The notes under the pieces were generated by a model. It saw nothing but the letters and a program-made list of their open reading frames with translations, made no database searches and was not told the DNA's origin. From Ginkgo biloba (taxonomy: Eukaryota; Plantae; Ginkgophyta): a DNA stretch of 30,109 nt. The DNA lies in contig JANKJI020000002.1 in the NCBI GenBank assembly GCA_024626585.2, positions 145,633,016 to 145,663,124 on the forward strand. Direction: 5' to 3'. The position numbers and the translations under genes were made by a program. Below are positions 1-11,354 of the stretch, piece after piece. Position 1 is the stretch's first letter. Each line of letters starts with the position of its first letter.

Positions 1-514
1 GGTGAGGGATGATATGGGTTCTATAAATTATGCAATCCTAAATTAAAATCTTACTTACATGGAGGAAAGGAATGGATGGAATTGGAAAGGAAAGATGGGG
101 GTTCTTCTGGATAATGTAGGGAATTGTCATTCTCCTTCTTATGAGTAGGTTAAGTTATTCCTACCCCTACGTGATCTATAGGTGAGGAGGATGACAAATG
201 AAGCATTGGGTAGATTTAAATACAAATAGGATATTTACAATAGAAGATAGATGAAATCTCCTTTCTTTAGTCAACAAGTGATCCATCCATTGCTTATCTT
301 AAACAATTCTGTACATCTTGCTCCTTTGAGAATATATGTGGAGTGATCATCACTTCTCAGTAGATAGGGGTGTAGATCTAATCCTTAGAGAAGGTGTAAC
401 ATGTGGGATGTAACAACCTCTTTCTTTCACATGAGTCTTGAATGGTTTCAATAGAAATGATCTTGAGAAGGAAAATAAGTTTCTCTTTCATAGTAAGAGT
501 TGGTCAACTCAACA
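1..514 (-). repeat. Probable 3' LTR (partial) of a Ty3/gypsy element
   Basis: The minus strand reads AAGAATGGGGACACCAT|TGTTGAGTTG: a purine tract followed by a TG start at 514, about 400 bp downstream of an integrase stop on the same strand and contig. Confidence 0.55.
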
Positions 515-515
515 A

Positions 516-531
516 TGGTGTCCCCATTCTT
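516..531 (-). other. Polypurine tract (PPT)
   Basis: AAGAATGGGGACACCA lies just before TGTTGAG on the minus strand, at the position expected between pol and the 3' LTR. Confidence 0.55.
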
Positions 532-918
532 GGTGGGTTTAGGACCCTCTTCTAACCTTGCGACCTTATTTTAATTTTTGTATTATTTTTGTGGATGATG
601 ATGTTCGGTAACATTTCAAAGTGATATATATTTATTGTAAATAATTTTGTATGAATAAGATATTTTTCATTATGTTTTATGATGTTTTAATTTTTGAAAT
701 GTTCCCACTAGTTAATGAGCTCATCACCATCCTTGTTATGCCTCTATATGCCAGTTGAAAAATTCCTTATCAATAGGTGACCTCTTTGGTTTGTAGTAGC
801 CCTAGTAGGTGATGAAAAATCATCAAAATGGATTGATTATGTAGGATTCAAAAATTTATTCGAAAGAACTAAGATCAACATATTTACAATATTTATAAAA
901 GTTGTTGAAGAACCACTC

Positions 919-1059
919 TTACATAAATAATTTTTCAAGGTATTTCCTATTCATTAGAATGTGTAATGAGTCACCATCCTAAGTTCTTAATTTGAATGCA
1001 TTTTCTCTAATGACCTTAGATACTTCAAATGGTCCAATCCATAAAGAATCAAATTTTTT
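919..1059 (-). pseudogene. Ty3/gypsy integrase C-terminus (GPY/F module), non-chromovirus
   Basis: KKFDSLWIGPFEVSKVIRENAFKLRT*DGDSLHILMNRKYLEKLFM*: WxGPF motif, ends without a chromodomain, one internal stop. Confidence 0.85.
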
Positions 1060-1524
1060 NNNNNNNNNNNNNNNNNNNNNNNNNNNNNNNNNNNNNNNNN
1101 NNNNNNNNNNNNNNNNNNNNNNNNNNNNNNNNNNNNNNNNNNNNNNNNNNNNNNNNNNNTGGTGTGCCAATTTTAATCATTTTCCTTAATTGTATGTTGA
1201 AGAATTATCTTTAGAGTCTTATTGAAATAATCTACTAATCTATTATCTTTATGATAATAAGATGAGGTATTAGATTTGTCAAATCCAAGTTTATTGAATA
1301 ATACTTCCATTAATTCATTAATGAAGTGACTTTCTTTATTTAAAGTAATAGGTCATAGAATGATAAATATTATAACAATATAGTGAAAAATAAACATTAC
1401 AATTGTCTAATAATCATACCTTTCTACTAATATTGCCTTGGATCATTTAATAAAATAATAAACAATAGTGATGATTTACTAGTAATAGGTACTCATAAGT
1501 GGATTAAATGATCTAACAAAGTAA

Positions 1525-2695
1525 ATATCTTTCAAATATTGACTCAAAAATGTGATAGGATTCTCATTACCTCCATCATCCTTCTACATGAGCATTTTCA
1601 AATAGGATTTTCCCAAGGCATAAGAATAGATGAGAAAATATTTTTCAAAATTAGGTCCCACTAGGATGGGAGATTCGAAAATCCACTCATTAATTTAATT
1701 AAAGGACTCCTTTGCTTATTGAATCAAATTAAAATTCATACCTTGCATGAGAAACTTGTTGATGGGAAGAGTGATACAAGTGATGTCTAGGATAATCCTC
1801 CCAAAGAAATATTGAACCCCTTTATTATTGGTTAGTAAAGGAATTTATTTAACGAATATGATCTTATTAGGGTTGATGTATATCCCATTTTTAAAAATAA
1901 TATTCCTAAGCAACTTTCCTTCAATCATCCCAAATACCAAATTTTTTGGATTTAAGGAGATATTACATTCCCTACATTTATGAAAAACTTGGTTGAGATA
2001 CATCACATGATCTTGGAATTCTTTAAAAAAAATTGTGAGGTCATCTAGATGTACCACCATAATTTTTCCTATTAGTTATTTGAAAGTGAAGTCCATAACC
2101 CTTTAGAAATTAGCATCCATATTGATTAGGTCAAATGGCATCTACTTATAGGCAAAGGTTCCCCAGATGGTGACAAATTTGGTCTTGTGTCTATCTTCCT
2201 TTATGACTAAGATCTATTTGTATCCTAAGAAGCCATCTAGTAAAGACATAATGTCTAATCTAATCATAGACTATATTAATTTCTCCATTTGAGGTAAAGG
2301 ATAATTATTCTTCAAGTATTCTTTTCTCAAATTCCTATATTTGATACAAAGCCTTATGTCTCCATTCTTCTTCCTAATTGGGACTAGATTTTCTACCTAG
2401 GAATAATGGCATNNNNNNNNNNNNNNNNNNNNNNNNNNNNNTCATATAGATTTTGGACTTCATGCTATATCATATCCTTTATTTTGGGCTTGAATAACTT
2501 CTGATTTTTCCTAAAAGGATTCATCCTAGGACTTAATTGGATGGTATGCTAGATGATCTCTGGATTGAACACTTTGACTCCATCATAATCCCATGCCATA
2601 AAATTAGCAAATTTCATACAAAGTTAAAGAATTTAGTTCTCTTCTTATTTGGTGTAGCATTCCCCCAATAGGCCCATTTTTGGTTTTGTTTCATC
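1525..2695 (-). pseudogene. Ty3/gypsy (Tat-like) reverse transcriptase and start of RNase H, decayed
   Basis: Hand translation: NPEII*HTIQL..PFRKNQK; S*VENLVPIRKKNGDIRLCIKYRNL; NYPLP; SLLDGFLGYK*I; DRHKTKFVTIWGTFAYK*MPFDLIN; VVHLDDLTIF (YxDD changed to HLDD); ISLNPK; FLIYSYA..M*KDDGGNENPITFLSQ. Many stops. Confidence 0.93.
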
Positions 2696-2929
2696 NNNNN
2701 NNNNNNNNNNNNNNNNNNNNNNNNNNNNNNNNNNNNNNNNNNNNNNNNNNNNNNNNNNNNNNNNNNNNNNNNNNNNNNNNNNNNNNNNNNNNNNNTAATT
2801 TTATTTTTCTTTAAATTCGCCTTTACAACTTCTTTGTGCTAATAAAATTAACCAAATTTTTATATTTATAATGGATAACAATGTATAAATAGCCAAAATA
2901 AAGAATCATAGTTTTCTTGAATTTGCCTC

Positions 2930-3600
2930 AATTTTAATAGTTTAATTTGATAAGTCCATATTAAGATTTTTCTTGTCAATGACTATATTAGATAGTGGTA
3001 GCCAGAAGAACCTAATATATTATACCATAGTGTAAGAGTTAGTACTAGAGTGTAAGAATCACCCACATCCTTATGAAAAAAGTGGAAAAAATTGGGAGTC
3101 CTATGATGAAGTCACAAAGTAGTGCACCTTCAAGTATGCAATTACAAAGGACTTTGTAGATGAGATGACATGTGATATGGTGCCCATGGATTGTACCAAT
3201 TTTTTGGTTAACATTCCTTTCCTTTATGACATAAATGATATTCTAATTTTGAATTAAGGAAAGTGCATAGTGTCCAAGGANNNNNNNNNNNNNNNNNNNN
3301 NNNNNNNNNNNNNNNNNNNNNNNNNNNNNNNNNNNNNNNNNNNNNNNNNNNNNNNNNNNNNNNNNNNNNNNNAATTTTTTCCTTATCATGGTTAGAGGGA
3401 ATTATGAGTCTCTTATAGAGACTCAAGGTGATACAATATCAACTATTGATGATTGCACTAAGGACAAGAAGGTTAATCACCTTTGTATAAAGTTTGAGGA
3501 TGTGTTCAAGTCACCTATGGGATTACCATCTGAGAGAGTTATTTCATGTGGGATTGATATAGAGCTAGGGGTTTCCTTTCCTAATTTAGGATTGTATCAT
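2930..3600 (+). pseudogene. Ty3/gypsy aspartic protease and pre-RT linker, decayed
   Basis: TILDSGSQKNLI (catalytic DSG at 2991-2999); FVDEMTCDMVPMDC..IPFLYD; after a sized gap FEDVFKSPMGLP..IDIELGVSFPNLGLY. Similarity stops abruptly near 3600. Confidence 0.88.
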
Positions 3601-3601
3601 A

Positions 3602-3930
3602 GGGGTAAAATCACATAACTATGACACCATTTTTTGCAAAGCAACATGAAAAAAATGAGTGGAAAATAGTTCAATGAAACAACTGTTTGGGCACATAAAT
3701 TATTCAATCGAACAATTATTTGCCTGGAAAATTAAAATTCAAAATAAAAAAAGGTGTGCATGATTAAAATTTAAACTTCAAAATTTTGAATGGCTGCACA
3801 TTTTCACGTTACCGTGGAAATTCACATCGTAAATTTGTAGTACCGTAAATTTGCACAACACATTCTTGCAGTACTACGGATTTACGCCATATAAAGATAT
3901 GACATCATGAGTAAAGCAGTGGAAAAAGTT
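3602..3930. mobile_element. Candidate end of a younger non-coding insertion, possibly a DNA transposon terminus
   Basis: Interrupts pol and starts GGGGTAAAATCACATAAC. Retains several CpGs and has inverted repeats at 3800-3821 and 3828-3843/3871-3886. The other end is not visible. Confidence 0.35.
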
Positions 3931-4030
3931 NNNNNNNNNNNNNNNNNNNNNNNNNNNNNNNNNNNNNNNNNNNNNNNNNNNNNNNNNNNNNNNNNNNNNN
4001 NNNNNNNNNNNNNNNNNNNNNNNNNNNNNN

Positions 4031-5330
4031 CTTTGTGGTTGGTTCTATATGTTTCTAAATTTATTATTATTTTCACTTAGAATACTTCATGTACACCTAA
4101 TTATATCATATAAAAGTAATACTTAAGTGTGAAATCATCCAAATTCAACTCCATATTTTTTAACTATCCCTTCATACCCAATTTATATATGTTTGGGTCC
4201 ACTTATAAAAAGGATTTCACTTGTATCCACATAGATCCCCAACATTTTTATCCAATTATTATATAATATTTTTAATGTTCTACTTCAATCAACCATTACT
4301 AATAACTTAATCTTATTTATGAAGAAATATTTATTGATTGCATCAATTTGTCCTAACACTGTCATGGAAGTAAATATTATTTCTAGTTCTCTATTATCCA
4401 TTTTTTCCTATAGTTTTGGATCCTCAGTTGTATCATCGTCATCATTATTATTATATGTTAATTATTCTTCTTGTACCTTTATGGATATTTCATCATTTTC
4501 TATTCCATCATTTGGTTTTCTTTGAGCCTTTACCATGAACAACTTATTTTGGATACATTTATGCTCATAAGATCACATGTTTTTGTAGTGGTAGCATATC
4601 CCTCTTTTAAATTATTAGTTATTATCTTATGGTGAATTGATTTTTTTATCTTGTGTATATTCTAGTGGTCTTCCATTGTTCATGGGGTAAGGTTCTTCTT
4701 TGATTGGTGACTTTCCTCTAGTTGGAATGTATAGTATATTACCTTTTCAAGGATTCTTATTGTTAACATTCTAACATATTCNNNNNNNNNNNNNNNNNNN
4801 NNNNNACATTGTATTTTTTTATCATTTATTTTGACTCAAGGATCTATAATTTTTATTTATAATTGTCTATAGAAATTTCTCTTTGGTATAACTGAGCTAG
4901 TTAAATGTTATACGATGCATTCTAATTTTGATTTGTCCTTTGGAAGAGATCTAAGATAAAAATTTTAAGAAATTTTATCATGGATTGGTTATTTTCCAAC
5001 CATATTACTCACCATGTATGAGCATTCCTTTCCATATGCTAATATTTATTTTTACTTTATTATTTTCCTAAGTTAATCCCACTGATTATAGGCTATTTTT
5101 AACTTAATAACCCAATCTTCTATGTGAATGGGATAATCAAAGCTATAGTTTAGGATTTATAGTTATAAATTACATCCCATCCTTATATTAATTCCTTCGA
5201 TTCTTTACCCTCAATTATAATTGGTTACCCTTTGTAGATCTTAGGTATAATCTTGTTCTTCGTGAAAAAGTGTTTTGCCACTTGAAGTCTTGCTAATACT
5301 TTCTAGTTATGTATAGATTTGTTTAAGGAT
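4031..5330 (-). pseudogene. Ty3/gypsy gag (possibly with protease) remnant, heavily decayed
   Basis: IEDWVIKL-like gag start near 5100-5130; knuckle-like ICYHYKNM*SYEHKCIQNKLFMV at about 4535-4610, followed by an acidic stretch; lies downstream of an LTR-end/PBS-like junction. Confidence 0.55.
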
Positions 5331-5348
5331 TATACTAAGATATCTATT

Positions 5349-5466
5349 TGAAGTTCACTAATGGGTTAGTACGTTATAACCAACCTATAATTAGGTGGGA
5401 TTAATAGAGAAATATAAGAAAGTATAAGTAGTTATCCATTATATAGAAGGGCCCACTCACACATAG
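5349..5466 (-). repeat. LTR end (U5) of the adjacent gag-bearing element, copy A
   Basis: Homologous to 6674-6797 (shared GGTTAGTA, TGGGATTAATAGAGAAA, TATATAGAAGG.CCCAC). Homology ends at ...ACTTCA on the minus strand, followed by AAT and AGATATCTTAGT, a 7/12 match to the tRNA-Met PBS TGGTATCAGAGC. Confidence 0.55.
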
Positions 5467-5566
5467 NNNNNNNNNNNNNNNNNNNNNNNNNNNNNNNNNN
5501 NNNNNNNNNNNNNNNNNNNNNNNNNNNNNNNNNNNNNNNNNNNNNNNNNNNNNNNNNNNNNNNNNN

Positions 5567-5912
5567 AAAACATGTGAATGCATGTTCGTTTTTGGTGTAA
5601 TGAAGAGGAGTGGGAGTAACGCTTGTTGTAAATTAAAAAAAGAAAAAAGAAAAAAGGGAGAGGTAAAGCTCATGAGAGAGGCATGTTCGGGTTTTCTTAT
5701 TATAACGCTTCCTTCTTTTCTTCCTTCACATGCTTTCCATTTCCATTCCTTTCTCTTCAAATTAATTAAATTTCTAAGAGGTCCCTTACGGAATAGGACA
5801 TAAGATATAGAGACTATGATTCCCTTTATTAGCAAGGCAATGCTATGCCCATGATGGCGGGTCTTGTGTTTTCCCTGAGTTGCAAAGTGGCAACTCATAT
5901 ATACTTGTGACA
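5567..5912. repeat. Possible LTR fragment ending TGTGACA
   Basis: Non-coding, less decayed segment ending in ...TGTGACA at 5912, where decayed gag-like sequence begins. No partner LTR is visible. Confidence 0.3.
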
Positions 5913-5919
5913 CTTGTCC

Positions 5920-6660
5920 TTAAACAAATATATAGATAAAGCTATGGTCTTGCCATATGTTATCATGCCATGAAGCTATTATTCACTAAAAGTTAAGGTA
6001 TACCATAAAATAGTGTGCATTTGAGCTGACCAAATGGTCTTTCTAGAAAATTCTATAAAAGATTATATAGAACTAAATATTTTATTCAAAACAAAGTATA
6101 AATAAAGATGATGTATGAGAGTTTTATATCACAAATGTAAGGGTTGATTTAAGAAAATACATAAGAACTTTTCCACTAGAAGCACTTGAAAAGGAAATCT
6201 ATTATCCACACCAAGTAGAGGAAAGGACCAAATATTTAAAATGAGGATAAAAACCAAGTAAAAGAAGAACCTTACCCCATTATTAATGAAAAATATAACT
6301 AGAATGTCTACAATCCAACAAAACCAATGCATGATGAAAACATAACAAAAAAATTGATAGAAGGATATGTTATTACAAAAAAGAACCATGGTCCCATCAG
6401 CACAAATGTTCATAAAATAATCTATTCATGGAAGAGGATTAGAGAGAAATAAATTATGGAATATAAAATGAGGAAATATCCATATATGGATAAGAATAAT
6501 AATTAATATAGAATAATAATGATGATTATGGCATAATTGAGGAGACAAAACCATAGGGCAGAGATACAAAGGGGAACCAATGAAAATTGAGGTTATGTCA
6601 TCCAAGGAAGTAATATAAGTATAAAACATAATTTATAGTTAACAATATGAAAATTTAGCT
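5920..6660 (+). pseudogene. Ty3/gypsy gag remnant, same family as 4031-5330
   Basis: LRKYIRTF near 6150; RRICYYKKEPWSHQHKCS*NNLFMEED at about 6360-6440 aligns with the minus-strand knuckle at 4535-4610; an acidic tract follows. Confidence 0.65.
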
Positions 6661-6673
6661 TTTACGATCCCAT

Positions 6674-6797
6674 TGAAGTGCACAAATAGGTTAGTAAGTT
6701 AAAACTAGCCTATGATTAGCTGGGATTAATAGAGAAAAATAAGAGAGTGTGAAAAACAATCCAATATATAGAAGGACCCACCTATATATAGGGAGTA
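6674..6797 (-). repeat. LTR end, copy B, inserted into gag
   Basis: Diverged copy of 5349-5466 with the same TGAAGT.CAC boundary; the flank is gag sequence rather than a PBS. Confidence 0.55.
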
Positions 6798-7099
6798 NNN
6801 NNNNNNNNNNNNNNNNNNNNNNNNNNNNNNNNNNNNNNNNNNNNNNNNNNNNNNNNNNNNNNNNNNNNNNNNNNNNNNNNNNNNNNNNNNNNNNNNNTAC
6901 AGATGATTTTTTATATATAAACCTACTTTAATCATGATTCTTCAAAGTTTTCTTTCTCAACACTCTTTTACTCATGGTTCTTTAGGGGTGAAATATTTAA
7001 ACCATGGTTCTTCAAAGTTGAAACTTATTCTTTTAGAAAGTCTTAATGGAGAGTTATAAGTGTATTAGCAAGCTTTAATCATATTACTAACCATCTAAA

Positions 7100-8470
7100 C
7101 AATCCTTACTTAGATTTGAAGACCTTCTTCCAAGTTCCTTATTCGTTTATCCAAACTTGATGATATATGGGTTTGAGATTCAACTTGGAGAGGTTCTTAA
7201 TACCTTGTACAATTTTCTCCTCCCTTGGCCTCTTGACCAATATCATGATATTTTGGATTCATTGATCANNNNNNNNNNNNNNNNNNNNNNNNNNTGATAT
7301 ATTCTCCTTACCCGTATAGGAATTGATAAGGTATGGATTTCATTCTTTAACCAACATCCACTTGTTGGCTCTTTATAAGAAGATATCATCATGATCCTAA
7401 AAGTATGGACTACCAATCAAAACCTCACATACATTGAGAGGCACCACATCACATTATACCTCATCAATGAATTAACTCAAAATGCATAATTTATGTTTGC
7501 ATNNNNNNNNNNNNNNNNNNNNNNNNNNNNNNNNNNNNNNNNNNNNNNNNNNNNNNNNNNNNNNNNGTCATCTTCAAGTATAATTATTGAACCAATGCTT
7601 CAAATATCAAATTATTTTGGCTACCTAAATTAAATATGGCCATCACTATAGACTTCTTGATCTATACATTTACATAGAATAACTTCTTTCTTGCAACAAT
7701 AACATTCTTGTTGGTAGTACTCAACACATCCTTCTTTTTAGTGGTAAAAAAGGATTTCTCAACCTTTACTTTTCCTCTTGTAGCAATATCAGCTTCAATA
7801 ACTTTGGATTTACCTTTAGCAACATTTAATTCTAATTTTGGTTGGACTATCGAGGAAAATTTATCATCAATATCAAATGCACCTTCAATATCCCTCTCTT
7901 TCACCTTCATATATTAGGACATAAGAAAATTTCTTCCATTCTTATTCTTGGAAGATTCAACTTCTAATAATGATCCTTCAAGTGACCTTTCTTTATGAAA
8001 TTATCGCATTGGAGGATATTTTGTGATGAATGAGAAAACTTCCCTTTTCTTAAAAAAAATTCTCCATCTCTGTATGAGTCTTTTCTCCTTCTGATTTGGA
8101 GGTGCTAATGAATTCAACAAGTTTCTTGCCATTTTTTTTATTCTACGTAAATGGCCTTCTTCCATGATTCATCAATATTCTTCATCTCAAACAAAATGAA
8201 TTCTTTCTTGATATGGCTGTGAAAATTTCTAAGGTACTTCATCTTGATTATTTGGTCCCTTTTCTTGNNNNNNNNNNNNNNNNNNNNNNNNNNNNNNNNN
8301 NNNNNNNNNNNNNNNNNNNNNNNNNNNNNNNNNNNNNNNNNNNNNNNNNNNNNNNNNNNNNNNNNNNTTATTCCAAACCTTGTTGGAAAATATACAACTT
8401 TATCCTTGTTCACCTTTTATTGAATTCTTCTTATATTTTCCTAAATCTTAACCTCAAGTTGGCTTTTTAT
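7100..8470 (-). pseudogene. Ty3/gypsy gag, zinc knuckle and protease remnant (family of 2930-3600)
   Basis: MKYLRNFHSHIKKEFILFEMKNIDES..KAIYVE (gag); CDNFIKKGHLKDHY*KLN (decayed CCHC); AIFNLGSQNNLI (protease, D changed to N); FIDEV*CDVVPLNVCEVLIGSPYF*DHD. Confidence 0.85.
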
Positions 8471-8689
8471 TAAAAACAAAAAAAATAGGGTCTTGGATCC
8501 AAATCAAAGAAAAAATTTTGAACCATAAATCCCTTTGCAATGCTCTCATTTTTTTTTTAAATATCTTTGAAATTTATNNNNNNNNNNNNNNNNNNNNNNN
8601 NNNNNNNNNNNNNNNNNNNNNNNNNNNNNNNNNNNNNNNNNNNNNNNNNNNNNNAAGATAGGACTTTATTAAAAATTAACAAAATATTG

Positions 8690-9432
8690 ATTTGTTAGGA
8701 TCAAAAACTGAATCAACCAACCTTTTAATTTTACTCATTTAGTGATAGGGGTACCTATAAGTATTAATATTTGGGGGATTAATTCTATTTATTAGTTCCA
8801 TGGAATGGTAATATTCCCCTTTCATGGGGAAGCTACTTGAGTGGTTCTTCAAGCACTTGATTATGTTTGTAGATCATCCTTTCCAAGTCAGAGTCCATAA
8901 TATTGGGTATTTCTATATAGTGATGGAATATCATCTGAAAATTATTCCACCTTTACCTTTCTTAATTAATTTTCCAATTCTATAAGAACAAATCATTTGA
9001 GTGGGTGGTTCTAAGAATCCTTGTAATTAATACTTTATCCTTTCAACCCTAAACCTCATAAATAGTTCTTTAAGGTTCATAAAGGAATGTTCCAAGTGTC
9101 TTAACCCATTTCACTCCCCAAAATACATAAAATCCTCCCATAGGTATGTCATACATATTATTGGATAACTAATACTCCCATATACTTATATTAATACTAT
9201 GACACCTATCACCATATGTGATAGAACCCATATTGGCTATCATTACATGGAATATTTTGACAAGGTATGGGAAAGAATTTTATCACTCTTCTAAATTCTT
9301 ATTAATAAAATTATGAGTAATTAAAAATTCAATGAGGACCATAATCTATTTCTTCTTGATATACCCTTCAATTTTATGTGGTTGGGGGGGAGAATACATG
9401 CTAATGCATACATGGATATAGTAGTTATATCC
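8690..9432 (-). pseudogene. Chromovirus-like Ty3/gypsy protease and pre-RT region, decayed
   Basis: TISMYALA..KIEGYIKKK*IMVLIEFLITHNFI (compare VLIDSGSTHNFI); HSMELINRINPPNINTYRYPYH (compare PPNIRPYRYP). Confidence 0.8.
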
Positions 9433-9544
9433 NNNNNNNNNNNNNNNNNNNNNNNNNNNNNNNNNNNNNNNNNNNNNNNNNNNNNNNNNNNNNNNNNNNN
9501 NNNNNNNNNNNNNNNNNNNNNNNNNNNNNNNNNNNNNNNNNNNN

Positions 9545-10230
9545 GTCACACTTGTAACAAAACCCCTTAGATTTTTTCTCCTCATATTCTTTGCTTGAGA
9601 TTCTTGGAAGAGGTGGACCTTGCCTTTTGATGGGGCCTTGTCTGTTGGCTGGTGGTATTGGTTGACTGGTAAGTGCTTGGCTATTGCCCCAATGTTCAGT
9701 TTCATTCTGAGTGCTTGCGTACCTCCTGGTAGCTCTATTTTTTGCCTCTATTTGACAAGCCAATTTGATGGCTAAGGTCATGTTCGGGGGGTCAATGATT
9801 CTCAATTCATGACAGATTTCCTCTCTTAACCCTCTTATGTATAATTCCAACATCTTTTCTTCGCTTAGTTCGTCAACCAGGGTTGCTAGCTTTTGGTGTT
9901 GGGTGGTGTAATCCATGACGGATCCCACCTACCTGATCTTTGTGAGTTAGTTGAAGTAATCGTGCTCCCATACTTTATCGTATTGAGCTGTGATATCCAA
10001 AACAAAATTTTCCCATGCATACTATATTTTAGCTCCCCATTTTCGACGGATCCATTAGTACCATTAAAACTGCTCATTTTCCATGTGCAATGTTTCCAAG
10101 GCTATTATTTTACCCTTAGGTACTTGATGGGGTATTAAATATTGTTTTAGTTGGCTTAGCCAAATCCTTACATCAAACCCATCCAAATTTTTAATCTCCA
10201 ATCTTAGGAGATAATTTCCTTACATTATGA
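9545..10230 (-). pseudogene. Chromovirus-like retrotransposon Gag (Retrotrans_gag domain plus knuckle)
   Basis: LHMENEQF*WY*WIRR..YAWENF..YFN*LTKIR*MGSVMDY..YIRGLREEICHEL..AIKLACQIE..EYEEKKSKGFCYKCD. ORF 9425-9928 is its C-terminal part; upstream stops fall mostly at expected Gln positions. Confidence 0.93.
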
Positions 10231-11354
10231 GCAAGTCTATAAAGCTTTCTTTACCCTTCAATTCATCCTCGATTCAGGTCTTCCCCTTGTTGTCTGAATT
10301 TTCTCCTATTTCATAAGAATCTTTAGGTTCTTCCATCTTTCATCCATCAAAATTCTTTGATAGTTTCTTCATAAAATTCCTCATTTTAATTTTTATCTCT
10401 TCGAAATACGTGGCTAAATTAATGTTAACCATGATAATATAGTCCCTTAATTCATCAAGGACCTTCTATTAGAATTCCCCCAATTGGTATTTATGCCCTC
10501 TCTTATTACTCTCCTCACTTTTGGTTTCCATGATACACTCTTTTCTTGATTTGGTATGACCTATTATGAGATAATATGATTCACTTTCAAAAAGCAACAT
10601 TGAATTACTTAATAATGGAAAACCACACAATTCATAATATATGATTTTACCATGCAAATCCATTCCCAATAAATTTCACATTGACATGGTGAAGGGTCAT
10701 AGAGCATGTATTTATGTTGTATATGCATAGAAATGCAATACAACTTTGAGTCTCTATGGGTTTGATTTTTCTATAAATTTCTCAAGTGACTCCCATGGGA
10801 CTAACACATGCATCTTATTTATTTGAGAGGACTCAAAATTTTATAGAATAAATATATCCTAAAGTTACTTACTCAATATAATATCTTTCAAAATATTATA
10901 ATAGATATGAAATAGGTGTTGCATAATATTTTTACCAACATTTTATTAGTTAAGTTCCTAAGATATAAAACTATGAAAAATGTGGGATTTTATGCAACGA
11001 TGGATGAGTTCGGGATCTGCTAGGGTTTTTCCATGCAGAGGGTATGGCGGTGAGTTTTCTTCTTTTTGTGGGTGATTGGGCTCGAAGAGCCTCTACCAGT
11101 GGGTGTTTTCCCCCTGGGCGCGTTGGCAACTTAGCNNNNNNNNNNNNNNNNNNNNNNNNNNNNNNNNNNNNNNNNNNNNNNNNNNNNNNNNNNNNNNNNN
11201 NNNNNNNNNNNNNNNNNNNNNNNNNNNNNNNNNNNAATTTTAGCAACACTTTATTGCTATTATTTTTACCTCACCATTGCTCAACATTTTCTCTCTCTTG
11301 GAAGTAAAAATGGCCCCATAGGGAAAAATTAGGGTTTTTATAAAAAGGAGACTA

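Noticed and set aside
1525-2695. Endogenous pararetrovirus RT
   Set aside because: Motifs (LDGFxGYxQI, TxWGTFAYxxMPF) are Ty3/gypsy-type and no movement or coat protein is evident.
6129-6629. Hydrophobic minus-strand ORFs as membrane or env-like proteins (also 4319-4525, 28205-28402, 29752-30006)
   Set aside because: They are antisense shadows of purine-rich decayed frames; T-rich codons give F/I/L-rich peptides by composition.
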